Shown here: piece by piece, positions 9,454 through 18,575 of the stretch
Position numbering within the stretch: position 1 is the first letter of the stretch
How the letters are laid out: each line of letters starts with the position of its first letter
IMG/VR virus record: IMGVR_UViG_3300009506_000006
Coordinates: 1-40,170 of that record
DNA from: a virus
Length of the DNA stretch: 40,170 nucleotides
Reading direction: 5' to 3' (one strand)
The notes under the pieces: model-generated
Told to the model about the DNA's origin: nothing
The model's database searches: none
What the model saw: the letters and a program-made list of their open reading frames with translations, nothing else
Translations under genes and position numbers: made by a program

Positions 9454-9740
9454 TTGCCAAGCAGTCTTTCTTTAGCATAATGCACAATAACAGCATTGTA
9501 TATTTCGTAAACATCGAATTTTTTTTGCCATGCTTGCTGCAGATGCTTTGCCATTTCGTATGTATGCCGCGTTGCGTCTTGGCTGGTAACTACCCATTTA
9601 TTAAACGTTTTATGCAAACGCCACGATTTATTAAAACCTGGTTTGGTTTTCAGATAGTATTCGAAGCCTTTTGACTGTAGTGGACTATCACGAAGCACAG
9701 CTTTGATAATCCAGACTTTGTCATATTTCTTCGCTGGCAT
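9450..9740 (-). CDS. Small protein, paralog family A
   Basis: MPAKKYDKVWIIK...HYAKERLLGK. Confidence 0.75.
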   Translation of the reverse strand: MPAKKYDKVWIIKAVLRDSPLQSKGFEYYLKTKPGFNKSWRLHKTFNKWVVTSQDATRHTYEMAKHLQQAWQKKFDVYEIYNAVIVHYAKERLLGK

Positions 9741-10419
9741 GTGCGGACTCCACGACAGCATCTACAGCTAGATGCACTCGTACTTCGGACTCAATGAATT
9801 CTTCTTCGTCCGGATGCGCACTTTTCATGAAGTTCCAAGCAATTTGCCGGCTGCCTTCAGCAAGCTTAAGATAACGCCGAAATTCGTCGCAGTAGCGTTT
9901 GATCTTGGCAAAATGCGCCTTGGCTTCGGCAATGTGTTTGAAAACATCCTGGCTGACTGCTGCACGCTTTTTTTCTATGTCTTTGTATTCCGTGTTTGCT
10001 TCGTTATACGCAGCCTCATCCATTTCGTAGCGGCTCTTTGCTTCGGCGACTTGTGCGTAGTGAGATTCCGTGTAAGCCTCCTTAGCAGAAATATCAGTCT
10101 CAGGACGCTTCTTAACACCTTTATACAGATCATAAGACTTTCCTCTGCCATAACACCACTCCGTATTCGGCATATCGAACTGTTTCAACAGCTCGGAAGC
10201 TGCCCAGGCATCTTCGCGCGTGACGAACGCCGGATAATGCGAAAACTGGTAATAGGTTACATCCGGCTCGACATCTTTAGGCTTGTACGGTTTGACGGGG
10301 ACTTCCGGTGGCAACAGTGGGATGCCTTCATGGGCACATTCCAAATCAACCAGAGTCTCAATTTCGCTTTGAGTGAGTTTGACCAGCTCGTCGTATGTGT
10401 ATTCCGTGAAACGTTTCAT
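9721..10419 (-). CDS. Hypothetical phage protein (helical)
   Basis: Start reassigned to MKRFTEY (SD AAAGG); 232 aa. Confidence 0.8.
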   Translation of the reverse strand: MKRFTEYTYDELVKLTQSEIETLVDLECAHEGIPLLPPEVPVKPYKPKDVEPDVTYYQFSHYPAFVTREDAWAASELLKQFDMPNTEWCYGRGKSYDLYKGVKKRPETDISAKEAYTESHYAQVAEAKSRYEMDEAAYNEANTEYKDIEKKRAAVSQDVFKHIAEAKAHFAKIKRYCDEFRRYLKLAEGSRQIAWNFMKSAHPDEEEFIESEVRVHLAVDAVVESAHASEEI

Positions 10420-10424
10420 AATTT

Positions 10425-10736
10425 TTAACCTTTCTCTGAAAACCAGCTGTTGATTATTCCCATGGCTTCTTCGATATTTTTGCCATAGTTTGACAGATTG
10501 TCGTCCCAAGCTGGATGCGTGTTATCCATGGGCCTAAGTTTAAAACATGTGATTGTGTTGTTCATATCGTCTTTTCTGCAACTGAGCGATGCACCAAATT
10601 GGTTGACAAAATAAAAGCGCTCGTCAGTTTTGCCAACGAACGCGTACGGCATGTCTTTTCGTGCAAATGGATCCATACACAGTACCAAATCTCCCGGGAC
10701 TAAAGCTTCGAGTTGTTCGATAGTAATTAAGTCCAT
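10425..10736 (-). CDS. Hypothetical protein
   Basis: MDLITIEQ..., SD AAGGA. Confidence 0.7.
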   Translation of the reverse strand: MDLITIEQLEALVPGDLVLCMDPFARKDMPYAFVGKTDERFYFVNQFGASLSCRKDDMNNTITCFKLRPMDNTHPAWDDNLSNYGKNIEEAMGIINSWFSEKG

Positions 10737-10752
10737 AACCAATTTCCTTTTT

Positions 10753-10950
10753 TCAATAATATGCCCAGCGCCACGGCCGGTGCCCGACATGGTACTTACC
10801 GCAGTGACGACACCTGTACACATTCATTTTCCATGCACTGTCTCGAGTACGTACGTACGGCCGAGCCTGCCAGGCATTTTCGTACGCAATTTTACCTGCA
10901 CAGCTGCGCTGTTTGTCGGCCTCTTTTTTCTTGTGATTTCTACGTGTCAT
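10753..10950 (-). CDS. Small basic Zn-binding protein
   Basis: CAGKIAY...YRCRHCGKYHVGH motif. Confidence 0.7.
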   Translation of the reverse strand: MTRRNHKKKEADKQRSCAGKIAYENAWQARPYVRTRDSAWKMNVYRCRHCGKYHVGHRPWRWAYY

Positions 10951-10957
10951 ACTGTTT

Positions 10958-11032
10958 TGGAGCGGGCGCCTGGACTTGAACCAGGATTATCATGGCGGGC
11001 AGCCACGGACTCTGCCATTGAGCTACGCCCGC
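10958..11032 (-). tRNA. tRNA-Gly(GCC) with atypical anticodon loop
   Basis: Cloverleaf GCGGGCG/CGCCCGC, D arm GCTC/GAGT, AC stem CGTGG/CCATG, loop CT-GCC-CG, T arm CCTGG-TTCAAGT-CCAGG, U73, encoded CCA. Confidence 0.9.
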
Positions 11033-11038
11033 CTTCAG

Positions 11039-11347
11039 TTAAGACTCTATATTGCTGATGAACTTCTTTTCGTGATCTTCGAGATGTGGCATGAAAATGG
11101 CTCGCAGTGTTGGTGGTTCGACGACAGTGCCATTTTTGATGTACGGCTTGCCGACAAGCCCAGCTTTGGTCATGAGTGCTTTGCGTGCCCGCTCGAATGC
11201 AATGGCCCTGCCGATTTTGCGGCTGAAATTGTCTTTCAAACTGCAATAAGCTATGCCTTTCGCATATTCATTGTCGAGTACTGCGATGCAGTTCGTCATG
11301 AATGGCTTGCCAGTTTCGTCTTGACGATAGTAGAAATACGCTTGCAT
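11039..11347 (-). CDS. Hypothetical phage protein
   Basis: AYCSLKDNFSRKIGRAIA motif, SD AAGGAG. Confidence 0.75.
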   Translation of the reverse strand: MQAYFYYRQDETGKPFMTNCIAVLDNEYAKGIAYCSLKDNFSRKIGRAIAFERARKALMTKAGLVGKPYIKNGTVVEPPTLRAIFMPHLEDHEKKFISNIES

Positions 11348-11349
11348 GT

Positions 11350-11616
11350 TTAACTCTCCTTGTTTGAAGTAAAATAATGGAGGATATTGAATAATTTCAA
11401 TGTATCAACAAGATACATGAATGTTTTGTCGTCAATTTCATATGTATTATAGCTTTTCCTGCAGTGCTTACAGACGCGCTTTCTGCGAATTGCTTCCAGG
11501 ATTTGACACGGAATGTCGTGCTTGCATTGACTGTGCCAAGCTTTAATGATGCGACTGCCGTAGTTGCATCCGCAATGAGGACATATGAGATTGGTAGACG
11601 GCCAGGAGTATCTCAT
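11350..11616 (-). CDS. Zn-ribbon protein (NrdR N-terminal-like)
   Basis: CPHCG...IRRKRVCKHCRKSYNTYE. Confidence 0.7.
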   Translation of the reverse strand: MRYSWPSTNLICPHCGCNYGSRIIKAWHSQCKHDIPCQILEAIRRKRVCKHCRKSYNTYEIDDKTFMYLVDTLKLFNILHYFTSNKES

Positions 11617-11741
11617 GAATCAATGATTCAAAACACATGTATATACTTGTGTTGCTATTAAAATAATCAACAGCGTTATTATTATGTCAACGCCTTTTGA
11701 AATTCTTTCGAGGAAATCTTTCTCATCCATTTTAATTACTC

Positions 11742-12086
11742 TTACCCGATTGATATATGCACTCCAATTGTCTTACGTTTTTTATGTCGCTTTCCTGCTT
11801 TAGCTCCGTAAGCCTTGATACATTTCGAACATTGTTTCTGATTGAGCCCGTTGCCTGTACTTTTTAATCTTAACCCGCAACGTTCACAATAATACACTTC
11901 CGGCAAAAGCTCATTTTCCAAAAAAAAGTCAAATAACACGACAGCCATGGTAAACCAGTCGATCCGTACTCCCTGACTGGCAAGATAGCGTGAAGCAGCA
12001 TTAGCCAAGACGTGCATGGTTTCAGCTTTGCTGTTGAAACAGGTGTCACGCTCAGGTGGTTTCTTGGTCAAGTTCCCATTGCTCAT
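11742..12086 (-). CDS. Hypothetical Zn-finger protein (start uncertain)
   Basis: CERCG...CSKC and basic C-terminus. Confidence 0.55.
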   Translation of the reverse strand: MSNGNLTKKPPERDTCFNSKAETMHVLANAASRYLASQGVRIDWFTMAVVLFDFFLENELLPEVYYCERCGLRLKSTGNGLNQKQCSKCIKAYGAKAGKRHKKRKTIGVHISIG

Positions 12087-12354
12087 ACATAGCCTTTTCG
12101 TATTGATATTCGGCAAACCGTTCGATCTCCCACTGTTGCTGAGCACAAGCAAGGCTCCATTTTTGTTCGAACGTTCGCCGGAGACCATGGGCTGGATAGC
12201 ATGCCGGATCACCGTAAGCACCACAAACAGAACATTTCGGACATATGCAATTATCTATGTCGTTTCCACATATTTCACATGGAGGATCCGGTTCATCGCC
12301 TGGTACACTGTTGCATCCCGGTGGATAACTCCATCCAAAAATCGAGTGTGACAT
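12052..12354 (-). CDS. Cys-rich hypothetical protein
   Basis: YPPGC..VPG, CEICG, CICPKCSVCG. Confidence 0.7.
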   Translation of the reverse strand: MSHSIFGWSYPPGCNSVPGDEPDPPCEICGNDIDNCICPKCSVCGAYGDPACYPAHGLRRTFEQKWSLACAQQQWEIERFAEYQYEKAMYEQWELDQETT

Positions 12355-12356
12355 CT

Positions 12357-12632
12357 TTACACCACGGTGTTAACCAGACTTCGAATTGTTGTCATTGCGG
12401 CTGCATTTGCAAAAGCTTTTTGAATTTCATTATGAAGTCTTTCGGATTCCGCAGCATCAAGCGGTACATATTGCTTGCCGCCCATGTAGCGCAAACACCA
12501 AGAAAGATCATGCCCGAGAGCCACTTCTTCTTTGGACAGATCGCAAGGTTTAATTATAACCGCCTTGCCGCTTTCCGGCTCAGTTACTTCCGGAACAATT
12601 CCGATACAACCGCATTCCCATTTTACAAACAT
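12357..12632 (-). CDS. Hypothetical protein
   Basis: 91 aa, SD AAGGAG, tightly packed. Confidence 0.7.
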   Translation of the reverse strand: MFVKWECGCIGIVPEVTEPESGKAVIIKPCDLSKEEVALGHDLSWCLRYMGGKQYVPLDAAESERLHNEIQKAFANAAAMTTIRSLVNTVV

Positions 12633-12634
12633 TG

Positions 12635-12916
12635 CTATTGCTCCTTGTGAAATTTATTAAAACAAGTTTCACAGATATAATAACTTTGGTATAGATATTC
12701 TTGCTCGGTTAATACATTGCAAACTTGACATTTAACTAAACCATCCCAAGCATCGTCCCATTTTGGATTGGCATCATCAACTTCGATATCGATATGAGTC
12801 ATTCCGATATCATGTGACATGTACCATTCCATAATTGACTCTTTGACATCTTTGGAATCATTTTTATCGACAATGATTTCGATGGAGATCTTGTGAAAAT
12901 ATTTTGATGAACACAT
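12635..12916 (-). CDS. Hypothetical Zn-finger protein
   Basis: CQVC...CETC; start reassigned to MCSSK. Confidence 0.6.
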   Translation of the reverse strand: MCSSKYFHKISIEIIVDKNDSKDVKESIMEWYMSHDIGMTHIDIEVDDANPKWDDAWDGLVKCQVCNVLTEQEYLYQSYYICETCFNKFHKEQ

Positions 12917-12920
12917 TTTA

Positions 12921-13445
12921 TTACTTCTTCCTTTGATCCACCACCAGCCGCCCGTCCTGTTTGACAATTTTGCCTATTATGTCCACCCAACCCTCCGGTA
13001 CTTCGCTCATGATGACTGTGATTTGTCCGGCATGCGCCAGGACATAACCGGACTTTTTTTCGATGCGATCGGGTTTGAACCGGAAATAGACCTTACGATT
13101 TTCCATGAGGCTTGGCTCGCGGGCTAACACCTCGGACTCAATGGCTTTGATCCAATAGTCCCCTGCCTGGCCGTAGGCTCGATATGATACGAACGATAAG
13201 GGGTTGACCCAGCCGATGCTATAATTAACGATCTTAAGCGTACGGATGATTTTGCGATTAAGGTCTACAGCGTCGAGCACGATGTCCCAGCGCCGAGCGT
13301 CTTTAGCGGCCCATGAACCGAACATGACGGTTTGGAATGACTCTTCGAGCATAAAACACGCAAAACTAATCAGACCGGCAATCGAGATGTACACCATAAA
13401 ACCCTTGAACCATTCTCTGATCCTATCCGTGTCGATACTGATCAT
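12921..13445 (-). CDS. Hypothetical membrane protein
   Basis: Hydrophobic N-terminal segment FMVYISIAGLISFACFML. Confidence 0.7.
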   Translation of the reverse strand: MISIDTDRIREWFKGFMVYISIAGLISFACFMLEESFQTVMFGSWAAKDARRWDIVLDAVDLNRKIIRTLKIVNYSIGWVNPLSFVSYRAYGQAGDYWIKAIESEVLAREPSLMENRKVYFRFKPDRIEKKSGYVLAHAGQITVIMSEVPEGWVDIIGKIVKQDGRLVVDQRKK

Positions 13446-13723
13446 TCACTATCCTTATTGGTTGCAGAGTTTTTAACTTTATTGGCTGCAGTAAACGCTT
13501 TACCAATCAGTTCGATGCCATCAGCCGTGTTGCGCAGTTCTCGGATGAGACTATCCAGACGATTATAACCATAAGCTTCGACTGGACATTCTTTAGGAAG
13601 ACGGCTGTTGATTAGCTTGACAATTTCATCACGGACCTTGTATGAATTTACTGGTTCTTGGTCACCGTCTTCCCATCCCCACTTTGATCGCATTTGTTCG
13701 TGGACGTATATTAGATTCATCAA
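13442..13723 (-). CDS. Hypothetical protein
   Basis: 93 aa, ATGA-coupled. Confidence 0.65.
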   Translation of the reverse strand: MMNLIYVHEQMRSKWGWEDGDQEPVNSYKVRDEIVKLINSRLPKECPVEAYGYNRLDSLIRELRNTADGIELIGKAFTAANKVKNSATNKDSE

Positions 13724-14952
13724 CCTTTCTCCGGATGAATTCCGATCACTTCACCGAACGGCGGCGGACCGTATGACAACTGTTGGCTGGTATTAATCCA
13801 CATAACCGGATATTCCGGATACACATCCGGATAACTGTCACATTCCATATCCGTGAACACCACTAAGAATTTCGGTGGTTCGATCCATGTCTCGATTTCT
13901 TCGAATACACATCTGTAATTTGTGCCTCCGCGACCTTGAGCCTCCAAACAAATCGGTAAATCAGCGTGTGTATGTACCTTAATTTCACCTTGGATCTGCG
14001 TGTCGAACTGTATCTCGTGCAGCTCCAGGTTTGGAAATCTTTCAAGAATCTCGTTAATTTCACCGGCAGCTTGCGCCAATTCGTCTTTGTAGACTGAACC
14101 ACTGCAGTCGGTTGCCCATACGCAACGCCCGATTTCGATCCCATCGATAATTGGCATGTAGATGCCTTGACCCATATATCTGCGGTTCGGCATTTTCCAA
14201 GAGTAGTCATTGTTGGCAGATTTTTCAGCAAATTCATTGAGCAGCTGCAGCCAGTCAACTTTGGGTTGAAGAATTTCGTCGATCAGCTCTTTGATAGAGC
14301 CTGGCAGCTTACCCATCGATTTAGCGCCTTGAGCTGCCGATACCATTTTGCGTGTCCAGTCTTGCGCAATACGCTGCATTTCTGCCTGGCTGGCCGGAGT
14401 GCCGCTTTTACCTTCATTGTTTTCCTTGCCGCCTGCCGGATAATCACGCACCTCGCCAAGTAATCCTTTAGACCCTCCTGTTTGATCCTTGCCGCCACCT
14501 TTTCCATCGCTTCCGCCAAAACTGCATTCAATTTTAATCGGCTCCGGCAGCAGGTTGTAATTCTCTTCAGCACTGTTAACACCGAAATTTTCATCTCCTG
14601 GCATATGACCCGGCAACAGACAGCCTTCCGGCAGATATATGTTAGCTTCTTTTAATATCCAGTTGATTGGATAATCACAGGCTACGTTCCATTTCAGCTG
14701 ATGCCGATCGCCACGCCGTGCCATATGACCCAGCCCGCAATGCATGGCTTCATGCGCTAGGACGGCTACTATGTGCGGCTGGTTAAGTCCTGCAATCCAT
14801 GCCGGATTATAGCCAAGATATACGCCATCAGTCCATGCTGTCGGGCACTCCGGGTCTTCTATGAATTTGAGATGCATGGCTAATGTGGCAAAGAACGGAT
14901 GATCCAGAATGAGCGCAGTTTTGGCTTTTGCCATTTTAGTTTTATAATCCAT
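13720..14952 (-). CDS. Metallopeptidase-like / VWA-like protein (DUF2201 type)
   Basis: TAWTDG, HEAMH (HExxH), WNVACD; C-terminal DCSGS, GRGGT, VFTD MIDAS-like motifs. Confidence 0.88.
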   Translation of the reverse strand: MDYKTKMAKAKTALILDHPFFATLAMHLKFIEDPECPTAWTDGVYLGYNPAWIAGLNQPHIVAVLAHEAMHCGLGHMARRGDRHQLKWNVACDYPINWILKEANIYLPEGCLLPGHMPGDENFGVNSAEENYNLLPEPIKIECSFGGSDGKGGGKDQTGGSKGLLGEVRDYPAGGKENNEGKSGTPASQAEMQRIAQDWTRKMVSAAQGAKSMGKLPGSIKELIDEILQPKVDWLQLLNEFAEKSANNDYSWKMPNRRYMGQGIYMPIIDGIEIGRCVWATDCSGSVYKDELAQAAGEINEILERFPNLELHEIQFDTQIQGEIKVHTHADLPICLEAQGRGGTNYRCVFEEIETWIEPPKFLVVFTDMECDSYPDVYPEYPVMWINTSQQLSYGPPPFGEVIGIHPEKG

Positions 14953-14993
14953 GCAGTTTCCTTTCAATATTTCGTTATAGAACAACAATAATT

Positions 14994-15887
14994 TTATTTT
15001 GGCGGTTCACCCATGTACCCAACCATTTGTTCGATGATTTTCGCAGCCTCAGCAGCTGTGTCAATACGCACTTCAGGCACATTGCGCAGTGCATAAATAT
15101 CGACACCGCACAATTTGTTTTCCACTTCACACCGCATAGCTTCCAGATCTGGATCGTCCGTGATATTCAACTTTGGCAAAAGCTCGACCAGGTTGATCAG
15201 GTTTTCTATGGTCGACGGCATGAATTTTTTGTCCGGCTCGCTCAAGACATTAACGAGCTTGTTTACCGGCGTATATAGTCTTTGCCACAGATCGTTCATG
15301 ATCAACTGCTGGGCTTTGCGGTTGTCTTCGATGAGTTCGTCACGGATCTGTTCGAGTTCTTTGTTCCCTATATCCACGCGAAAGTCTTCGGCTTGTGGTA
15401 CTGGGCGGACATCCACTTCGAAGCCGAACCGCCGGGACGCTTCGTCAACCGACAAATAATCATGAGGTTTGTACATCCCTCCAAGTCGCTTGATAGAATC
15501 AGTTGTGTACTGGATATAATTCTTCAAGAACTCGTCGACAGCCGCCTCGCGCTTATTGCGAAAATTGCGCATAGTACTGGTATATTCCAGGAAATGCTTG
15601 CTGGCTAACAAACGCGTACCATCGTCCAACCAAGGGCTGGTGTTGTTGTAATGATACTTACGCGCTAGACCGTCGATATACTTGATCGGACTGAGCGCAT
15701 CTATCGCCAGGAGATTCTTGCGATATTCTCCGGCATCATTCGTAGCCTGGTACCATTGATTAGTGGTATTGGTTGCGTCCCGATCGACTTTGCTGTTGCC
15801 CATGCAATGAATCTTGAGCGTTACCAGCATGGCTTTTTTTTGCAGCACAGAGCAATGTCTGTCGATACTGCATTGATTGTCGTTCAT
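14994..15887 (-). CDS. Helical hypothetical protein associated with AAA/VWA pair
   Basis: 297 aa between the ATPase and VWA genes. Confidence 0.8.
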   Translation of the reverse strand: MNDNQCSIDRHCSVLQKKAMLVTLKIHCMGNSKVDRDATNTTNQWYQATNDAGEYRKNLLAIDALSPIKYIDGLARKYHYNNTSPWLDDGTRLLASKHFLEYTSTMRNFRNKREAAVDEFLKNYIQYTTDSIKRLGGMYKPHDYLSVDEASRRFGFEVDVRPVPQAEDFRVDIGNKELEQIRDELIEDNRKAQQLIMNDLWQRLYTPVNKLVNVLSEPDKKFMPSTIENLINLVELLPKLNITDDPDLEAMRCEVENKLCGVDIYALRNVPEVRIDTAAEAAKIIEQMVGYMGEPPK

Positions 15888-16276
15888 GCCGCCTCCTTAA
15901 TACGTTTTTTGATAATTTCATGAAATTTCTGAATGAATTCATCTCGATATTGCGATGCTTCTTCCACGATAGCTTGTGCGTAAGCTTGCGACAACGCTTG
16001 ATCAAATTCTTCCTGTGGAACTTGTTCTTTTACATTTGATGGAGTCCATCTGAGATTTGATGGAACCCATGGAGGAGATTGTGGAATCCATCTGAGATGT
16101 TTGCCGGTTGTCGGACCCCAAGAGTTGCGCAACTTGACCATGCCAAACCCAGGCGCTCTGAATGCTACTGGTGTATCGTATGAAAACCACACTTCCAGGT
16201 TGCCAATGTTGATGCATATGGTATGCGCGCCGTAATTGCTTGAGCTGTATTTACCGTAGTTATACTTATAGATCAC
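15884..16276 (-). CDS. Hypothetical phage protein
   Basis: SYDTPVAF...GPTTGKHL motif; internal imperfect LRWxP duplication. Confidence 0.75.
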   Translation of the reverse strand: MIYKYNYGKYSSSNYGAHTICINIGNLEVWFSYDTPVAFRAPGFGMVKLRNSWGPTTGKHLRWIPQSPPWVPSNLRWTPSNVKEQVPQEEFDQALSQAYAQAIVEEASQYRDEFIQKFHEIIKKRIKEAA

Positions 16277-16500
16277 TGCTTCATCTTTCTTTTGACATGC
16301 GTTGCCACCAACTTATCCAACACGATTTTGTGCTTTGGCGCAAGCAACTTCTCATATGCTGCCTGCAGCGCAATTTTACGGACAAACTCATACTCTTCAA
16401 TCAAGCGTGTGAATCGTGCTATTGGCATGCTGTTGAATAATTTGGCCCAGGACTTCAAACCCAGGTTGTCTATGGTCATGTGCAGTTTTTCCACGAGCAC
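16273..16500 (-). CDS. Hypothetical protein
   Basis: 75 aa, coupled to neighbours. Confidence 0.6.
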   Translation of the reverse strand: MLVEKLHMTIDNLGLKSWAKLFNSMPIARFTRLIEEYEFVRKIALQAAYEKLLAPKHKIVLDKLVATHVKRKMKQ

Positions 16501-16501
16501 C

Positions 16502-17593
16502 TCAAATCAGGACGTCAGAGTACAGCCCGGCCCATTGGATGAATTCTTCGGTTTCCGCGACTTCCTCATTGTAATGCACGGAATCCCGGATCATCATAAC
16601 ACCGAATTCCTTTGGCAAATATTTGCTGATTTCCACCAGGGCTGCGAATGTTTTCTTGGATGCCCGCTTAGCTAACGCACCGCACAACGCGTAGAGCACA
16701 CTGGGTTTGTCATGCGGTATTTGATCTTGGGATTTTTCCGGATGTTTGAGCATCAAGTCGATATTGGGCAGAGATCGATAGACGTCAAGGAATGCCATGA
16801 ATTCCACAGCGCAAGCAGGCCCGGCACAGGCCGAATAGGTTTGAAATTCAGTGTCGAGCGCTGGCTTGCATGACAGCTCCTTGGCCATCATGTGAATAGT
16901 TCTTGGACACGGAGCATTTTCCATGTTCTGTTCGCGGGCTTTGTCGTCTTTAGTGCCTGCATCGTCCTTGAACAGCATGTCGGGCTTGAATCTTACGAAC
17001 CCGGCAATTTCAGCTGGCAGATCCTGCTTGAAATACCATTGCAGCCAGTCATCCAGCAACGGCTGCAGTTCGTAAATCAGACAGCGACCAAGCAATGGCT
17101 TGAGAATTGTGCCGACCGCGGCCCGGTCCTGTTTACGATTGGTGGCCAGCATGAAGACTACCTTGTCGTTGTTGATCTTGTGCTGTCCAATCTGGCCGCC
17201 CCAGATCAACTGCATCAACGCGGCTTGCACAGCCGGCATAGCCTGGCCTGCATCATCGAAGAACACGCCGGTCAATTTGCTGACATTAATTAGAGTGCGT
17301 AATTCATTGAATGGAATGAAATCCGCACGGCCTTCGACAATCCATGGCAGTCCCTTGAAATCGGTGGGATCCGAAATAACTGGATGCATGACCAACAGAT
17401 CGGCGCCGTAGCTTTTGAACGCTTGTTTGATCAGGTCGGTTTTGCCGACACCCGGAGCACCCTTGAACAGCAAATTATGCCGCATGTGCGACGGCCGATC
17501 CAGATTAGCATGGATCAACTGAGTCATTTGCTTGGGACCGATTGTAGGTGCCAGGTCCTTGATGTTTTCCATCTTCTTCGCTGCCATTGACAC
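16502..17593 (-). CDS. MoxR-like AAA+ ATPase
   Basis: Walker A GAPGVGKT, Walker B variant FFDD, ATNR sensor, PCPR motif. Confidence 0.9.
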   Translation of the reverse strand: MSMAAKKMENIKDLAPTIGPKQMTQLIHANLDRPSHMRHNLLFKGAPGVGKTDLIKQAFKSYGADLLVMHPVISDPTDFKGLPWIVEGRADFIPFNELRTLINVSKLTGVFFDDAGQAMPAVQAALMQLIWGGQIGQHKINNDKVVFMLATNRKQDRAAVGTILKPLLGRCLIYELQPLLDDWLQWYFKQDLPAEIAGFVRFKPDMLFKDDAGTKDDKAREQNMENAPCPRTIHMMAKELSCKPALDTEFQTYSACAGPACAVEFMAFLDVYRSLPNIDLMLKHPEKSQDQIPHDKPSVLYALCGALAKRASKKTFAALVEISKYLPKEFGVMMIRDSVHYNEEVAETEEFIQWAGLYSDVLI

Positions 17594-17644
17594 TTCCTTT
17601 CTTTAAGTAAGATTTGAGGACATAGAAAATCGTAATTAAACAAG

Positions 17645-18127
17645 TTAAACTTTCAATTTGCGTTTTACTACTTCAGCTACGAACTCCGGATCGCGGCAAT
17701 CGTTAAAATATTTATGAATGAGGCTTTCCATTTTGAAAAACTCGGTGGCGTTATCGATAAACTCCTGCCGGACTATGGCGGTGTCGTCTGAGTTACGTTG
17801 GACCGTAATTAAGACACGTCCCTGGTTGTCAGTTTCAACTTCCGCGCTATCCCCGAAAAAACCCACCATCATGGCTCCGCCATAATTTCCACCATACCCG
17901 TGTTCATACCAAAACGTTAACTTGGCATTCCACATAGTTTCGACCATATCGTAGCCGCCGTAATTTACTTCATCAAATTGCAATTCATATACACATGGTT
18001 CATTAGTTTGATTGTATTCCTCATCAAATTCATCTTCATCTTCATCAAATTCATCTTCCAAAATTTTCGCGAAGGCTTCCTTGTCGTTTTTGTGAAACCT
18101 TAATCTTGCCCAGGTTGTATCGCCCAT
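17645..18127 (-). CDS. Acidic hypothetical protein
   Basis: 160 aa; in-frame 21-bp duplication encoding EDEFDED at ~18022-18058. Confidence 0.75.
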   Translation of the reverse strand: MGDTTWARLRFHKNDKEAFAKILEDEFDEDEDEFDEEYNQTNEPCVYELQFDEVNYGGYDMVETMWNAKLTFWYEHGYGGNYGGAMMVGFFGDSAEVETDNQGRVLITVQRNSDDTAIVRQEFIDNATEFFKMESLIHKYFNDCRDPEFVAEVVKRKLKV

Positions 18128-18331
18128 TTAGATAAACTTTCTCAGATAATTTTTTATAGTTTGATCGCTTAGCCACAAATTTACTTCTTGTTCAATCCTG
18201 AACATAAAGTGATAGTCTGTCCCTGACTTGCAATAATTTACCACAGTATACAGCTTGCCAAACTTCAGCCATACGATTTTACTTGAATTGGATATAAATG
18301 TCTTAATGCACAGATATTTGTCGCCGATCAT
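18128..18331 (-). CDS. Small protein, paralog family B
   Basis: YLCIK...FGKLY...YLRKFI. Confidence 0.75.
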   Translation of the reverse strand: MIGDKYLCIKTFISNSSKIVWLKFGKLYTVVNYCKSGTDYHFMFRIEQEVNLWLSDQTIKNYLRKFI

Positions 18332-18561
18332 ATGAATTTTCTAAAATACAGACGCAGGAGTCTCTTTTCGAGTCCGTAATTTACGCCGTCTTCACTGACG
18401 AACCACATCATATCCGGCGCCTCGACTTTTGGCTGATACAGCCTGCCTTGCTTAAACAGCAATTTATCTTCGCTACTGCACCACCAGCCTCCTGTATTAT
18501 AGAGCGCGTAATGATGCTGCTGCATGTTTCTGAGACACAGATATCTGTCGTTTACGTTCAT
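18328..18561 (-). CDS. Small protein, paralog family B
   Basis: YLCLR...FKQGRLY...YFRKFI. Confidence 0.78.
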   Translation of the reverse strand: MNVNDRYLCLRNMQQHHYALYNTGGWWCSSEDKLLFKQGRLYQPKVEAPDMMWFVSEDGVNYGLEKRLLRLYFRKFI

Positions 18562-18575
18562 GGCTTAGCGACTTT

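Noticed and set aside
8157-9480. Diversity-generating retroelement TR/VR pair
   Set aside because: Repeats are only 32-41 bp, span gene junctions, and no reverse transcriptase is in the window
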